From the NCBI GenBank assembly GCA_951406725.2, contig OX597815.1, positions 214,148,001-214,212,000 on the forward strand: a stretch of 64,000 bases of DNA, given 5' to 3'. Below, one piece after another: positions 1-12,180 of this stretch. The notes beneath the pieces are model-generated. The model was given only the letters and a program-made list of their open reading frames with translations. It was not told the origin of the DNA and did not search any database. The position numbers were made by a program, and so were the translations under genes. Within the stretch, counting starts at the first letter, position 1; the number at the start of each line of letters is the position of its first letter. The DNA is from Octopus vulgaris. Taxonomy: Eukaryota.

Positions 1-2
1 AT

Positions 3-305
3 GTCATAAGATGCTCGGGCTGCCACCAAAACTTCGTAGGGTCCACATAATTATCACTCAGACGCAGAAGCACTCTGCATCGACAACAGATTGCATTCCC
101 AGAATACAGAATGATACCCTTTAGTGAGCATATTGAGAAATGCGCAAAGCAACTACTACCACAATTTTTAATCTTTCCATTCTATCAATGTGCTATTGGA
201 ACACCAACACAAATTAGATTAAACAAGGAAACATTCTTCATTGAAAAATATAAGCCTAAACTTAACCATCCTAACATTCTTATACAGAGAAACTCATCTC
301 ATTAA
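3..305 (+). pseudogene. C-terminal GIY-YIG endonuclease domain of a Penelope-like ORF, with an in-frame stop
   Basis: Frame 3 reads VIRCSGCHQNFVGST*LSLRRRSTLHRQQI...SEHIEKC...RLNKETFFIEKYKPKLN, matching the CxxC-YVG, R...H and R..KE..FI....P.LN pattern of Penelope endonucleases; TAA at 48-50. Confidence 0.82.
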
Positions 306-593
306 AAAAGGGGAAAAGAAATATAAAGCGATTATCTCCCATATACCGGAAGAAATCCCTTATTACCTCCCCCTGCCTGGAGCTTATCTTTGCACTTCAT
401 AACGAAGACATGACACGATGTAAGTAAAGACATTTGAGAAATTTGAAAAGTTTGCACGAAACCGGTAATTTCTCCAAAAACTATGTTACTATATGCAAAA
501 TTTTATAACATTCTTCTAACATAACGACTTAATCATAGTTGTCGGCGAGAATTAGATTTCCTTCGCCGACAACTCGCCGACAACTATGATTGT

Positions 594-638
594 CACACGC
601 TGACGAGAGGTCAATACCTCGAAACTCGAGTCCGTGTG
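594..638 (+). ncRNA. Type I hammerhead ribozyme, copy 1
   Basis: Stem I CACACG(594-599)/CGTGTG(633-638); core CTGACGA(600-606); stem II GAGG-TCAATA-CCTC(607-620); GAAA(621-624); helix III palindrome ACTCGAGT(624-631); GTC cleavage triplet ending at 632. Confidence 0.92.
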
Positions 639-944
639 TATCATAAGTTGAAGACGGGAAGGATGACTTCCCTTTGCAAATACTGACAGGACACAGAAAG
701 TGTGTCTATGTCCAGCTGGAGGAGTGTGTCCTCCTGGGGCTAAAAACTACAGTAGCATCCACCCTTAGGGGTAGCCATATTGAGATGGCAAATATACGTC
801 ACGATGTGTTACCGCTACTGTATATAACTCACTTTGATATTTATCATTGTTTGATTTCACTTTTTCAATATCAGCGACAGTGGACGCTGGAAAAGTATAA
901 GTATTTGCGAAGGAAATCTAATTCTCGCCGACAACTATGATTGT

Positions 945-989
945 CACACGCTGACGAGAGGTCAATACCTCGAAACTCGAGTCCGTGTG
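945..989 (+). ncRNA. Type I hammerhead ribozyme, copy 2
   Basis: Identical to 594-638, shifted by 351 nt; predicted cleavage after C983. Confidence 0.92.
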
Positions 990-1152
990 TATCATAAGTT
1001 GAAGACGGGAAGGATGACTTCCCTTTGCAAATACTGACAGGACACAGAAAGTGTGTCTATGGCCAGCTGGAGGAGTGTGTCCTCCTGGGGCTAAAAACTA
1101 CAGTAGCATCCACCCTTAGGGGTAGCCATATTGAGATGGCAAATATACGTCA

Positions 1153-1154
<2 letters not shown>

Positions 1155-1229
<75 letters not shown>

Positions 1230-1330
1230 CATATATATATACATATCCATATGTACACATACATACTTACACATACAAATACATACATATGCACACACAT
1301 ACATACCACATATATAATACATACATACAT
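1155..1330. repeat. (TA)n grading into (TACA)/(CA) microsatellite
   Basis: Read directly. Confidence 0.95.
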
Positions 1331-1613
1331 CCTAGAAAACATTTCATATCTTTGTTCCAAAACAATTCGGAGATTACTCTAACAAGACAGATCACCAAGT
1401 CTCTAACCGTTACTCGACTACGTGTTCTCTTTAAAAATTTTTTTCCACCAACAATTTTAGAACAACACAACTGATATAAAAGTAATTCATTCATGTTTTA
1501 TGACATGTTACGTCATTCACACCTATAACACTTGATACGAGAGTGTGAGCGTGTATGTACACGTGTATGTGTTTATGCATATCCGTGTATGTGTGTTTGT
1601 ACGCGTGCACGCA

Positions 1614-1617
<4 letters not shown>

Positions 1618-1653
<36 letters not shown>

Positions 1654-1751
1654 TGACCTTAGTATTTCGGTTTTTTTCTATCTTGACAGGCGTTTCAAAT
1701 TTTCAAGCACTTGCGGTAATTGACTCCCTAGTTTTGAATCACGCCCCTTTC

Positions 1752-1833
<82 letters not shown>
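1618..1833. repeat. (TG)n and (TA)n(TG)n microsatellites
   Basis: Tracts at 1618-1654 and 1752-1833. Confidence 0.95.
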
Positions 1834-1835
<2 letters not shown>

Positions 1836-2872
1836 TTCACAGGCTACTTATAAAATACTTTAAAACCCTTGAAAAGTGTATTAGTGGCAAGCACCGTACT
1901 GCAATCTAGGCCTTAATTATTAAAAAATGTTAAATGGATCATTGCAAAAATATGAATATAAATAAGGAACCTATACCATTGAATGCAATGTTTTTAATCT
2001 ATTCACCACGATTATTTGATGTGCTGCTCTTAATTATAGTATAAGTAGCCGAGTTTCAATGAAGTATGTTATTGGAAGTAAGATCTCTGATGTTTTATTT
2101 AATGCTGAATTAAGAAACATTCATTTAGCTTTTACTGTCTTTGGGGAACAACTTAATTTAATATATTTTCTTCATTTATATCTCTATCACTTACATTTTC
2201 TTTCAGTTTTTTCTCTTTTGAGATGTTCTTTTCTTTGTTTTTCTTTCATTTTCTTTTCTTTTTTTTTAAACGACTCAAAAGAATATTATTTGATTCATTT
2301 AACAGAATAAAATATGGGATTCTTGTTATTACATTATCGCTGAAGGGAACATTAAGAAACAGATACAATTATGATAGAAGCAAATACAAAAAACAAAACA
2401 AACCAAGAATTAAAAACTTTTACATCTGGATAAGCTCCCTTGGAGACGTATTAGTGTTTTAGCGCTTGAATGATGATAGCTACGATCAAAAACACTCGAC
2501 GCAAAACCCGGTAGATATAATCGTTTCCTGTGCGAGGAATTTTTTACAAAGAAAAGAATGAATTCGCTTCCTGGTTTGTTAACTCCATTGTTATCTCTGT
2601 CATTATCAACTAAGCGTCAACTCTATTTTCTATATTTTCACTCTCTTTATTCACTTACCCTTCTCTGCCATTTTCCTCTCAGTTTTAGCCTCGGCTTCAC
2701 ATTGAGATCAGTTAGTGTTTTGTATTTTTCCATGTGCCAGGAGGTAACTTATCAGAATGTGACTGTGAAGTTAGATGGACCATTAAAGGAGAGAGAGCCT
2801 AAGTGAAGAAATAGATCTTAACAGTGATAAATGTATCTGCAATGCCACAAGTGCTGCAATACTTGTGTAGAA

Positions 2873-2932
<60 letters not shown>

Positions 2933-2935
2933 TAT
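2873..2935. repeat. (TTA)n microsatellite
   Basis: Read directly. Confidence 0.95.
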
Positions 2936-4684
2936 TCAGAGTGATAATAATACTAAAATAAATATTAAGAGAATGAGCAGTAAATCTCATCTTCTCTTTC
3001 GTCCTCTCTTTTCCTCCACTTTACTTCTTTTCCTCCATCTTATCTCACTTTCCTCTCTCACATTCTGAACTGAGTGTCAGTCTACCACAAACAATATTCT
3101 TGGAAGATTTACTAAGTTGAAACTCCGAATAAACTGACGCGAAAAGACACTTACGAAAATTCTGCTTTAATAGATATGTATTTACGCCTTATGAGTAACT
3201 CTTCGGTCGTTTTACTCTTACAGACACTAAATGGAATCTACAGCTTTTAAAAAGTAGACTCACTGAATTTCAAAGAAAACACGTTGTTGGTTATGAGACC
3301 ACATTACATATCAGTCTTAATTTTCATGAATATAACTATCACAAAAGTGAGTCAATATTTTGAAATTTTTTTGTGGCTTTTTGTGTTTTGAGTTCAATTC
3401 CTGCTGCCGTCAATTTTGCCTTTCATCTTTCCGGAATCGATAAGTTACAATACCGGTTTAGAGCTGAGGTTAATGATATCACATAATCCCCACTCTCTGA
3501 AAAGTTGCTTTGTGTTTCAATTAGAAACAAACATTTCGAAACTTATTAAACCTCGTAAAACAGCAACTTTTACATGAGGAATTCTTACATTGCTTATTCT
3601 TCAAATTGTTAAAGGAAGCGTACAGTAGACTGAATTGATTCTTGAACATACGTTTTAATGTGAACGGTACTCTAAAATCCCATAACGAATTCACAGTACC
3701 ATTAGAGGATAGAGTTGTCAAATATCGGGACTTGGTTGAAAAACTCTTGCCATACGATCTCATTCGTTATTGTAGTTGGCTACCGCAGTTTTCCAGCAAG
3801 AGCAGAGCAATATTCCTGGAAGAAGACTTGTTTGAAATGCAAATAACTGAGGAAAGTCATTAAGGAGATAGGTATGGAAGCTGAAACCAGCTCAAGGTAG
3901 TAATGGTCAAGAGGCCGCCGATAGAATATTTCTGCCGGCGAAAGGTAATTCAGTCTTCGCTTCCCCACTTAGGCGACAGGTACAGACTAAGGACCCTCAA
4001 CTATCTGCTGTTAATACTGAAGGGTTTCCATATCATCAAAATGGTGCGAATAACTTTAGTCACCTCCAGAAGATTATTTTGAAATAGAAGATACATTTTG
4101 AAACATTTCTGCATGTAGCTAAGAACCTTTGATGTTTATTTTACCTGTCTGATGTTTATTTCCTTAGTACAAAGTTCGTCAACGTTTGTGTTGACAAACA
4201 TCGTTCTTATAATCAGTTCATTCGTTCGTTCCTATTCGCCCTCCAGTGGAAATGGCATCGGCCATCTAGTAAAATGCGTGCTTCCTGCAAAACCGAAGCA
4301 AAATTCATGAGCTCCATATAAAATCATTATCTTAAGATATTTGCGTAGATAATGTTAACTGATGCGTTGAATAATATCGAACTTTGAGTTATAAGGCTTA
4401 ACAAAATAAACTGAAAATCATCGATAATGATGTGTTGATGCTTTAATTAAACTTGATAAATATCATGTTTCAATGAAACAATGTAAAATTTTATTTGATA
4501 TTTCATAAAATTTCCTCAGTTCATGATATGAATTTATTTTGATACCAATACTTCTTTTTATATTAAGTCGACGGCAATGCGGTTATTTTGGCGTGCATAG
4601 TTTTCCATGTGAATCGACAATGTACTTGTATCAATTCGTATCTATTGTCTATCTCTTCCTTTGAAGTATTCAGTGTCAATAACT

Positions 4685-5002
4685 GGCACTCCGTCGGTTA
4701 TAACGACCAGGGTTCCAATTGATCCGATCAACAGAACGCCATCCACGTGAAATTAACGTGCAAGTGGCCGAGCACTCCACAGAAACGCGTACCATTAATG
4801 TATCTCTCAGAGTGATTCATCGTGTTACAAAATGTGACTGGCCCTCGAAATACAGGTACGTCCCATATTTTTCCAGCTGTATGGACAGAAGCACCGTGAA
4901 ATAAAAGTGCCTTGCTCAAGGGCACAACTCGCCACTGGATATCGAACTCATAACCTCATGATTATGAGCTGAATACCCTAGTCACTAAGTCACGCGCCTT
5001 CA
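4685..5002 (-). mobile_element. tRNA-derived SINE, head C (CORE/Meta-like centre) with tail T1
   Basis: Minus strand TGAAGGCGCGTGACTTAGTG...GAGTTCGATATCC...GTGCCCTTGAGCAAGGCACTTT; tail ends CCGACGGAGTGCC, as at 13925, 29352, 46185 and 54903. Confidence 0.8.
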
Positions 5003-5610
5003 CGGTGTTCAATCTTAAGTCCACTTTAATATACACACTGTTACCTCTCACAATGATCACTCTTTTGTAAATATATTTCTCTTTACTCGTTAATGATCTG
5101 CAGACAGATGGCATCCACATATCACCGGATACTTCATGTTAAACCCGCACTGCTTCCATGAACAAAAACCATACAAGATATTCTCTAATGCAGTGTTTCT
5201 CTTAGGAAGGGGAGAGCTGGGAGGGGGCAGAAGGACGAAGGTAGAGAAAATGCTTTGCTAACTGAAATAAGATGGTTTTAAACTTTCTAAACTTGACTAA
5301 CACATTGATGAAGATAGAAAAATTTTATGGAAACAAGTACGAATTTTATTCTCATTAATAAAGAGGGAACGAATAAGAACTTTCACGAATACTTTTTCGA
5401 GGGGTTGAGTAAAATAGTATTTATCAATTTGAGAACCACAGCCTTAAAGGGAGCATGGCACATCAAGGAGACAGTCTTCTATCTTAATTCTCTCTAGTTC
5501 TGTACAAAACTTTTCATATCGCTATAAACATATTTAAAACCTCACATTTTATGTTCCCTAGAAATCTCTCATTCAAAACGTAACAAAATCAAGAGCTACA
5601 AATGAGTATT

Positions 5611-5823
5611 TTTCCTACTCTAGGCACAACGCCTGAAATTTTGGAGGAGGGTGTAAGTCGATTAGATCGACCACAATACTTAACTGGTATTTAATTTATC
5701 GACCCCGAAAGGATGAAAGGCAAATTCGACCTCGGCGGAATTTGAACTGAGAACGTAAAGACAGACAAAATGCCACAAAGCATTTTGCCCGGCGTGCTAA
5801 CGATTCTGCCAGCTCGCCGCCCT
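5611..5823 (-). mobile_element. tRNA-derived SINE family A (Deu/Nin-like central domain), monomer with 16-bp TSD
   Basis: Head GGCGGCGAGCTGGCAGAATCGTTAGC, B box GTTCAAATTCC, core GCCTTTCATCCTTTCGGGGTCGATAAA; TSD GCTACAAATGAGTATT at 5595-5610 and 5824-5839. Confidence 0.9.
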
Positions 5824-6237
5824 GCTACAAATGAGTATTGGCCCTACATCTATGGTACAGTGCTTTACCTACAACAACTGTTACACACAAATTGTGGTAA
5901 ACATTTACATACACAGTGCTGCTGTCTGTAGCATGCGCGTTATCTCCTGCCTCTGATTATTCTATTACAGTTAATAGGCCTCTGTTCTTCGAAACTAACT
6001 AGTTGCACGCCATCTTCAATCAAGCAGGCCCCTCAGCATATCCGTCTATATTCCTTTTTGTCACCTCAGCTCTATCTCTCCACTAGCATCTATACCTGCT
6101 CATTCATCCTCAGATCTACATTTTTTTTTCTTTTTCCCCCAACCAAAATTTTTTTATGCAGTCGTTGACTTGCAGACGTTGAAACTGAAGATCAACATTA
6201 ATATACCTTTCTCACTTTTTTATCACACACGCACACG

Positions 6238-6286
<49 letters not shown>

Positions 6287-6300
6287 ATAATAACTTAGGT

Positions 6301-6690
6301 AAGGCGGCGAGCTGGCAGAAATGTTAGCGCTTCGGGCGAAATGCGTAGCTGTATTTCGTCTGCTGTTACGTTCTGAGTTCAAATTCCGCCGAGGTCGACT
6401 TTGCCTTTCATCCTTTCGGGGTCGATTAAATAAGTGCTAGTTACGCACTGGGGTCGATGTAATCGACTTAATCCGTCTGTCTGTCCTTGTTTGTTCCCTC
6501 TGTGTTTAGCCCCTTGTGGGTAGTAAAGAAATAGGTATTTCGCTCTACGCTACGTTCTGAGCTCAAATGTCACGGAGGTGTACTTTGCCTTTCATCCTTT
6601 CGGGGTCGATAAATTAAGTAGCAGTAAAACACTAGGGTCGATGTAATCGACTTATCCAAATTCCAGGCCTTGTGCCTTTAGTAGAAAGGA
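6301..6690 (+). mobile_element. SINE family A, internal dimer, after a (TTA)n tract
   Basis: One head, then the core GCCTTTCATCCTTTCGGGGTCGAT twice, joined by CCCCTTGTGGGTAGTAAAGAAATAGGTATTTCG. Confidence 0.88.
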
Positions 6691-6711
6691 TTATTAATAT
6701 TTTAGAGAACG

Positions 6712-6905
6712 TAGATATGTTTCGGCCACTGATTGGCCCAATCCATGTCTAATTTAATAGCACCACCCGATATGACCTGTTAAGTCATTTTTAAGTCAAG
6801 TTTTGTGGTATCATGGCCCATTCAAATAGGGAGTCGTTGTTGGTTGAGATGTATCCTGGCATTGGTGGCTTATTTGGTATCCCTTGGAGAAATTTGTGCA
6901 GGTAT
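6712..6905 (-). mobile_element. 3' end of a CR1/L2-group LINE, same family as 12443-13333
   Basis: Minus strand LHKFLQGIPNKPPMPGYISTNNDSLFEWAMIPQNLT* aligns with LAKFLQGIPDKPFILEYNSLNKNSLLQWTMIPENMT*; shared 3' stem-loop followed by GAAACATATCT. Confidence 0.8.
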
Positions 6906-8304
6906 ATCCCCAAATCCTATAACATAACGGAAGCAGGAAATGGGATATTGTGATGTTCATTCTTTCCCTAAGGGAAATTGTGATGAGACTGTTGTGAACT
7001 GGCATCGACTGAGAATCAAAGCTAGACTCTGTTCTCAACTCATTGGAATCTTACTTCCTATTATAATGTTCTTGAAAGAAAAATAGTTTTAAAGTATTGC
7101 TTTGATTTGGTCGAAGTTTACTGGGAAAAGACTTATAAAAATACCAGTTGATTCTTTTACCAACGACTGGAATTTAATTTATGAGAATGTACTTTAACGC
7201 TTACATCAACTCAGGATTTATTTTCTTTTAACTAAACACATGAATCTATATTCTAAGAATGAATAAGCGAATTGTTGTAACTTCCATACTTCCTGTAAAG
7301 ACATTGTTAGCAGCTTAAATGGAATAAATTAACCTTTCGATAAGAACTGAAGAGTATTCGACTTGCCTTTCTTGCTTTATGCCACTAACACAGAAATAAT
7401 ATTGGTTTCTTACATTGGTTCCAACTCACCAAATTTTAGGTCTTGGGTAAAGCCGATGTTAGCAAGATTTCAAATCAGAATACGCGGCATTAAAGGTTAA
7501 TCGTTTCTTGCACACCCCTGTCGCTCTCAAAATATGGGTATCTTACTTCGTCAAAAGATCGCGGATTTGTTGGCGAGATCTGTAGAAATTATTTTATAGA
7601 CACACTCTCCCACGGATAACCTGTAAAGGTCATCCTGACGGAATTTGAACTCAGGATATAATGGGATACAACTAAGTGTTTAAATACAAGAATATTAACC
7701 CCCAGTACATGACTGTCCTAACCACTTCTATTATAACAATTTTGAAATTTTGAATATTACAAGAATTTCAACGCAGGACAAACTTATAAACATTTTCAAG
7801 GGGATTCACCTCCAAACGAAACCTCAGAAGGGCTTAAACTCAGAGCATAAAGGGCCGCAACTATATAACACAAAGTATTTAGTCTGGCTTTGCACTGTTC
7901 CTGGCGCTTGCCACTTGTAAAACCATTTGACAACGTTGACACAGTTGTGATGCGGTGTGGTATGGCGTGGCTGTCCGACTTCCATACGGTTGAACTACCT
8001 TAGTAACTGAGAAGCCTCTTGTTCTGTAATTTATCAAGTTGCCATATCTACAGAAACCGATAACTTGTCTCTCCTGCAATACTCCAACTCATCTGCTTCT
8101 GCTGCCTTCCGCTAACATTTAACCACTATCTACGTCTTCCCTAACATTCCACTCAATCCACGGTTTCTGTTCGCAACTGCTCCACCGAACTCCTCTCTAA
8201 ATATCTTGACCAACTCCTATCACCCTTGACTGTAACTCTCCCATCCTGCACTCTCCTCTACTAGAAACCACATTCCTACTACTTACTTCTAGTATCTATT
8301 CAAA

Positions 8305-8553
8305 AGGATCAAAGGTCCTTTCCGAATCATAGGCTTATAAAGCCGATGTTCTCGGATTCTGCAGCGTATATATTCCCCACTTGACGAGTCGCCTGTCCGT
8401 CGCAGGATTACCTATTTTTGCCAGCTGAGCAGACTGAAACAACATAAAATAAAGTGTTTTGCTCTAGAACACAACAGATCATTCTATCCAGGAAACGAAA
8501 CTACAAGTTTACGATCATAAGTGTAACTATCAAACCACTAAATCATGCACCTC
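8305..8553 (-). mobile_element. Decayed SINE, head C with tail T2
   Basis: Minus strand TTGTGTTCTAGAGCAAAACACTTTATTTT...CTCAGCTGGCAAAAATAGGTAATCCTGCGACGGAC, like 57487-57655. Confidence 0.65.
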
Positions 8554-8820
8554 TACCTTGTATCCATTACCAATCTATATTTTAAGGGCGAGTAAAAGAA
8601 TTATGTTAATATTCATATATTTGCAGACATTGTTAGCAGCTTAGATGGAGCTCGCTTTTTCTAAATTCATCTCTTCTCTATCAAGATAGAGTTGAATAAA
8701 ATATCTTGGTTCAAAATGTTGTGTACTTTCTTCTTACCCTCACAGATGAGTAACCAATTTTTTTTCTTAATGTTGTCAGATAATTTTTTGGTATCGGTAA
8801 ATCAAGCGTTTTACATTATA

Positions 8821-9020
8821 CGAGGGGTGCTGAAAAGTTTCTGGCTTTGAGTAAAAGAAAATTCAGGAGGATCAGTTAATTATGATTTTATTCAACTTAT
8901 TCCCCTCTCAGATTCACGCACTTGTTACAGCAGCCCTTCTGTTTTTCTAAGCCCTGTAAAAGAACTCGGAAGGTTGGGCCTCCAATCAGACCTTTCGTGA
9001 CACCCTTCAGTACCCTCTCG
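8821..9020. mobile_element. Mariner-type MITE
   Basis: TA-CGAGGGGTGCTGAAAAG...TTCAGTACCCTCTCG-TA: terminal inverted repeats and TA flanks; second copy at 28781-28996. Confidence 0.8.
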
Positions 9021-9591
9021 TAGAAACAATGTTGTACTGGAGTACGGACTTTAGTCCCTGCGACTGATAGCTTATCTATTGATTACCTCTATTTGTTCGC
9101 TCGACTTTCTAGAAATCACAACCGAATCTCACCAAAGTTAAATATAACTATCTGGGAAACGGCAGCACATGTTAAATAATTATTAATTTCTAGCAAGGAC
9201 GTAGGAATTTGATTTGCAACCATATTAAATGCGAGCCATTAATATTTACGTACTAGTTGCCAGGAATGTGTTTAATGTGCAAATTGGTCTACCCAATAAT
9301 GTTGCACCGCTAGAGTTAGTGAATATTTAAGCAATGCGTTCGTCGAGAGTTGATGTGTTGGATGTAATATGCAAATATGCCTTATTACCTTTTTTTTTAA
9401 AATTTTAATCCTCCATCGCATTGTTCACATCTAGGTATTCGTATACGAAAGCTCGTAACGTTCAGCGCTGGCTCTGAATTCTATAGAACATCGGAAGAGA
9501 TAACTCAAAAATATTAAGCAATGCAATCCTTGATGCATAATGTCGGAAAAATACCGAAATGGCCATAACTGGGACGACTTAGATTATAGAT

Positions 9592-9761
9592 CAGCCGTGG
9601 GCAAACTGGTGCCAGCAGGACTTTCTGGAACTGAATGCCTAATTCCCCGAAGGAAATGGACATTTATTGAAATAACTTTTAATTTGTTTAGCAATGCGGC
9701 TCGCCTGATTATGAGTTATGTCTCATACCGCCTGCTTTTCGAAGAAGGTTGCCCATGCTTG
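9592..9761. mobile_element. hAT (Charlie-like) MITE
   Basis: TIRs CAGCCGTGGGCAAACT / AGGTTGCCCATGCTTG; 8-bp flanks TTATAGAT and TTATAAAT. Confidence 0.72.
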
Positions 9762-9924
9762 TTATAAATCATAGAGCTGACCGCTTAACTAAAGGACAAC
9801 GACGATGACAGTGATATGCGACGCTGCTCGATTCTAAGCAGCAGCAGTAAAAACACCATCACCAGCAACATTACCACTGCTGCCACCACGGCCACCAAAA
9901 ACAACGGTAGCAGCAGCAGCAGCA

Positions 9925-10277
9925 AGTGGAGACCCAATGGTTAAGGCAGCGGACTCACGGTCGGAGGATCGCGGTTTCGATTCCCAGACCGGGCGTTCTG
10001 TGTGTTTATTGAGCGAAAACACCTAAAGTTCCACGAGGTTTCGGCAGGGGATGGTGGCGACCCCTGTTGTACTTTTTCGCCCCAACTTTCTCTCACTCTT
10101 TCTTCCTGTTTATCGTCCTCGACTTCCTACGCAACCGCTGTGCCTGGATGCGCATTCATCCATCCGTCGATGCTCTCGGTGTCGGGGGTTGACCTGCTTT
10201 CTCTTCTGCGGGTCTTACGAATAGCAAAGGACCGCGTTTCGGACTTCTCCCACTGGGACGAAGACCGCTACGCTCAA
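9925..10277 (+). mobile_element. tRNA-derived SINE, head B with tail T5
   Basis: Head AATGGTTAAGGCAGCGGACTCACGGTCGGAGGATCGCGGTTTCGATTCCC (A and B boxes); body shared with 29352, 45135, 47134, 54903 and 57659; distinct GC-rich tail. Confidence 0.85.
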
Positions 10278-10340
10278 CAGCAGTAAAAACACCATCAACA
10301 CAACATTACCACTGCTACCACCACGGCCACCAAAATCAAC

Positions 10341-10374
<34 letters not shown>

Positions 10375-10594
10375 CTCCTGCTTTAATAGAGAATAACAGA
10401 GGAGACGGTTTAACTGATATATTTATAGAGTAGGAAATAGGAATCACTGTTAAAATATATAGAAATCAATAGACAAGTTATCAATCTGTTTTCTGAAGCA
10501 CATAGCTATAACGATTAGTGGTTGGTAGTTTACAACTACGTTTTAAACTGTGTTGGTGTGTGCATGCGTGTGAGCCTGTGTGTGCATGTACACC

Positions 10595-10597
<3 letters not shown>

Positions 10598-10663
<66 letters not shown>

Positions 10664-10690
10664 CATATATATATATACATATATATACAC

Positions 10691-10783
<93 letters not shown>

Positions 10784-10790
10784 TATATAC

Positions 10791-10822
<32 letters not shown>

Positions 10823-10975
10823 GCATATATATATTTATACATATATATATACACACATATATATATACAAATATATATACATATATATATATACAAATAT
10901 ATATACATATATATATACAAATATATATACATATATATATATACAAATATATATATATGTATACATATATATATG

Positions 10976-11026
<51 letters not shown>

Positions 11027-11130
11027 ATATATATATATGTGTATATATATATATATATGTATACATATATATATATATACATATATATATATACATATAT
11101 ATACACACGCATATGTATATATATATATAA
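10598..11130. repeat. Long interrupted (TA)n microsatellite
   Basis: Read directly; source of the YI-repeat ORFs. Confidence 0.97.
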
Positions 11131-11884
11131 AACGATCAGACATAAATACACACACACATATATACATACATATGCATATAGGCGTATGTACACCTATCTA
11201 TCTATTTATCTATACTCTCGCACACATACAAACACACACAACGAGCGCGCAGAAACCTATGATGACACAACGGTAAAGACGTTAGCATGGCTAAATAGCT
11301 CCCCGCTGCTGCGTTAATGAGTCCTAAACTTAGCCTTTAATTACACAGCTCAGCTGTGCCACTTAACAAATCAGACTCAACATACTGTGCACCCGCTGAC
11401 AAGCACGCCGCTGGGAAAGGATCTGTTTAATGCGAGGCTGTCCGACTAAGGCATTATTTATTTAATACTCTGTGGTTTTCGCTCTGTCTTAGCATGATTT
11501 TGTTTTCTTCTTATTCCATGCGAAGCCAACACTTTGAAAGAGACAGTGAACCGAATTGACTTTATCAAGAAAGATACATTACAGTTAAATCTTTCTATAC
11601 GTGTGCTCTCAGCTTTATTATTATTTTTTCTTTTTTCTGGAAGAGTCGAATGAAAACGGTAGTTTTAGCATACAACAGATATTCTCATATGCATATACTT
11701 ACACATAAGCTTACATAGTCCTTTAGGTAAATTGTACAGATACGCATGAACACATACATACACTCCCGCACACACACACACACAAGTTTGTTTACATTTT
11801 ACCTTGAAATATATGTGTGTGTTGTGTGCATAAGTGTGTGTTTGTTTGTTAAAACTGCCATGCATGCATATGTGTATTTAAGGG

Positions 11885-11946
<62 letters not shown>

Positions 11947-11949
11947 TCT

Positions 11950-12180
11950 TTTATTTTTCACTCGTTTCACTTACTGGACAACAGCCCCGCTGTGGGCGCC
12001 ACCTTGAAGGTTTTAGCCGAATTAATTGACCGTACTACTTCTTTTATTTATTTATTTAATCTTTTTTTGTGGAGGTGCTTGAAACTTATATCGCGCAGTT
12101 TTGCCGAACTGTTAAGTTATTGAAACGTAAGCTAACCAACACCGGTTGTCAAACGGTGATGGGAAGAAACACAGCTCAAA
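11950..12180 (-). mobile_element. SINE family D, 3' half
   Basis: Diverged reverse complement of 22705-22921 (TTTTGCCGAACTGTTAAGTTA...ACACCGGTTGTCAAACGGTGATGGG). Confidence 0.65.

Larger units (their letters stand above)
1..1156 (+). mobile_element. Penelope-like retroelement, 3' part (GIY-YIG end, 3' UTR, inverted segment, tandem pseudo-LTRs), abutting (TA)n
   Basis: GIY-YIG-like frame at 3-305; 232-bp direct repeats at 574-805 and 925-1156 (period 351, one substitution seen); 531-566 is the reverse complement of 907-942; each repeat holds a hammerhead ribozyme. Confidence 0.88.

Noticed and set aside
674-1474. Duplicated ORFs starting [10 protein letters not shown]
   Set aside because: They are translations of the Penelope direct repeats from TTG starts, and one runs into (TA)n; no protein signature
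9925-9990. tRNA-like sequence, also at other B, C and D heads
   Set aside because: A and B boxes are present but there is no complete cloverleaf, and each continues into a SINE body; not tRNA genes
10481-11317. Long YI-repeat ORFs (also 27391-28305 and others)
   Set aside because: Stop-free (TA)n microsatellites
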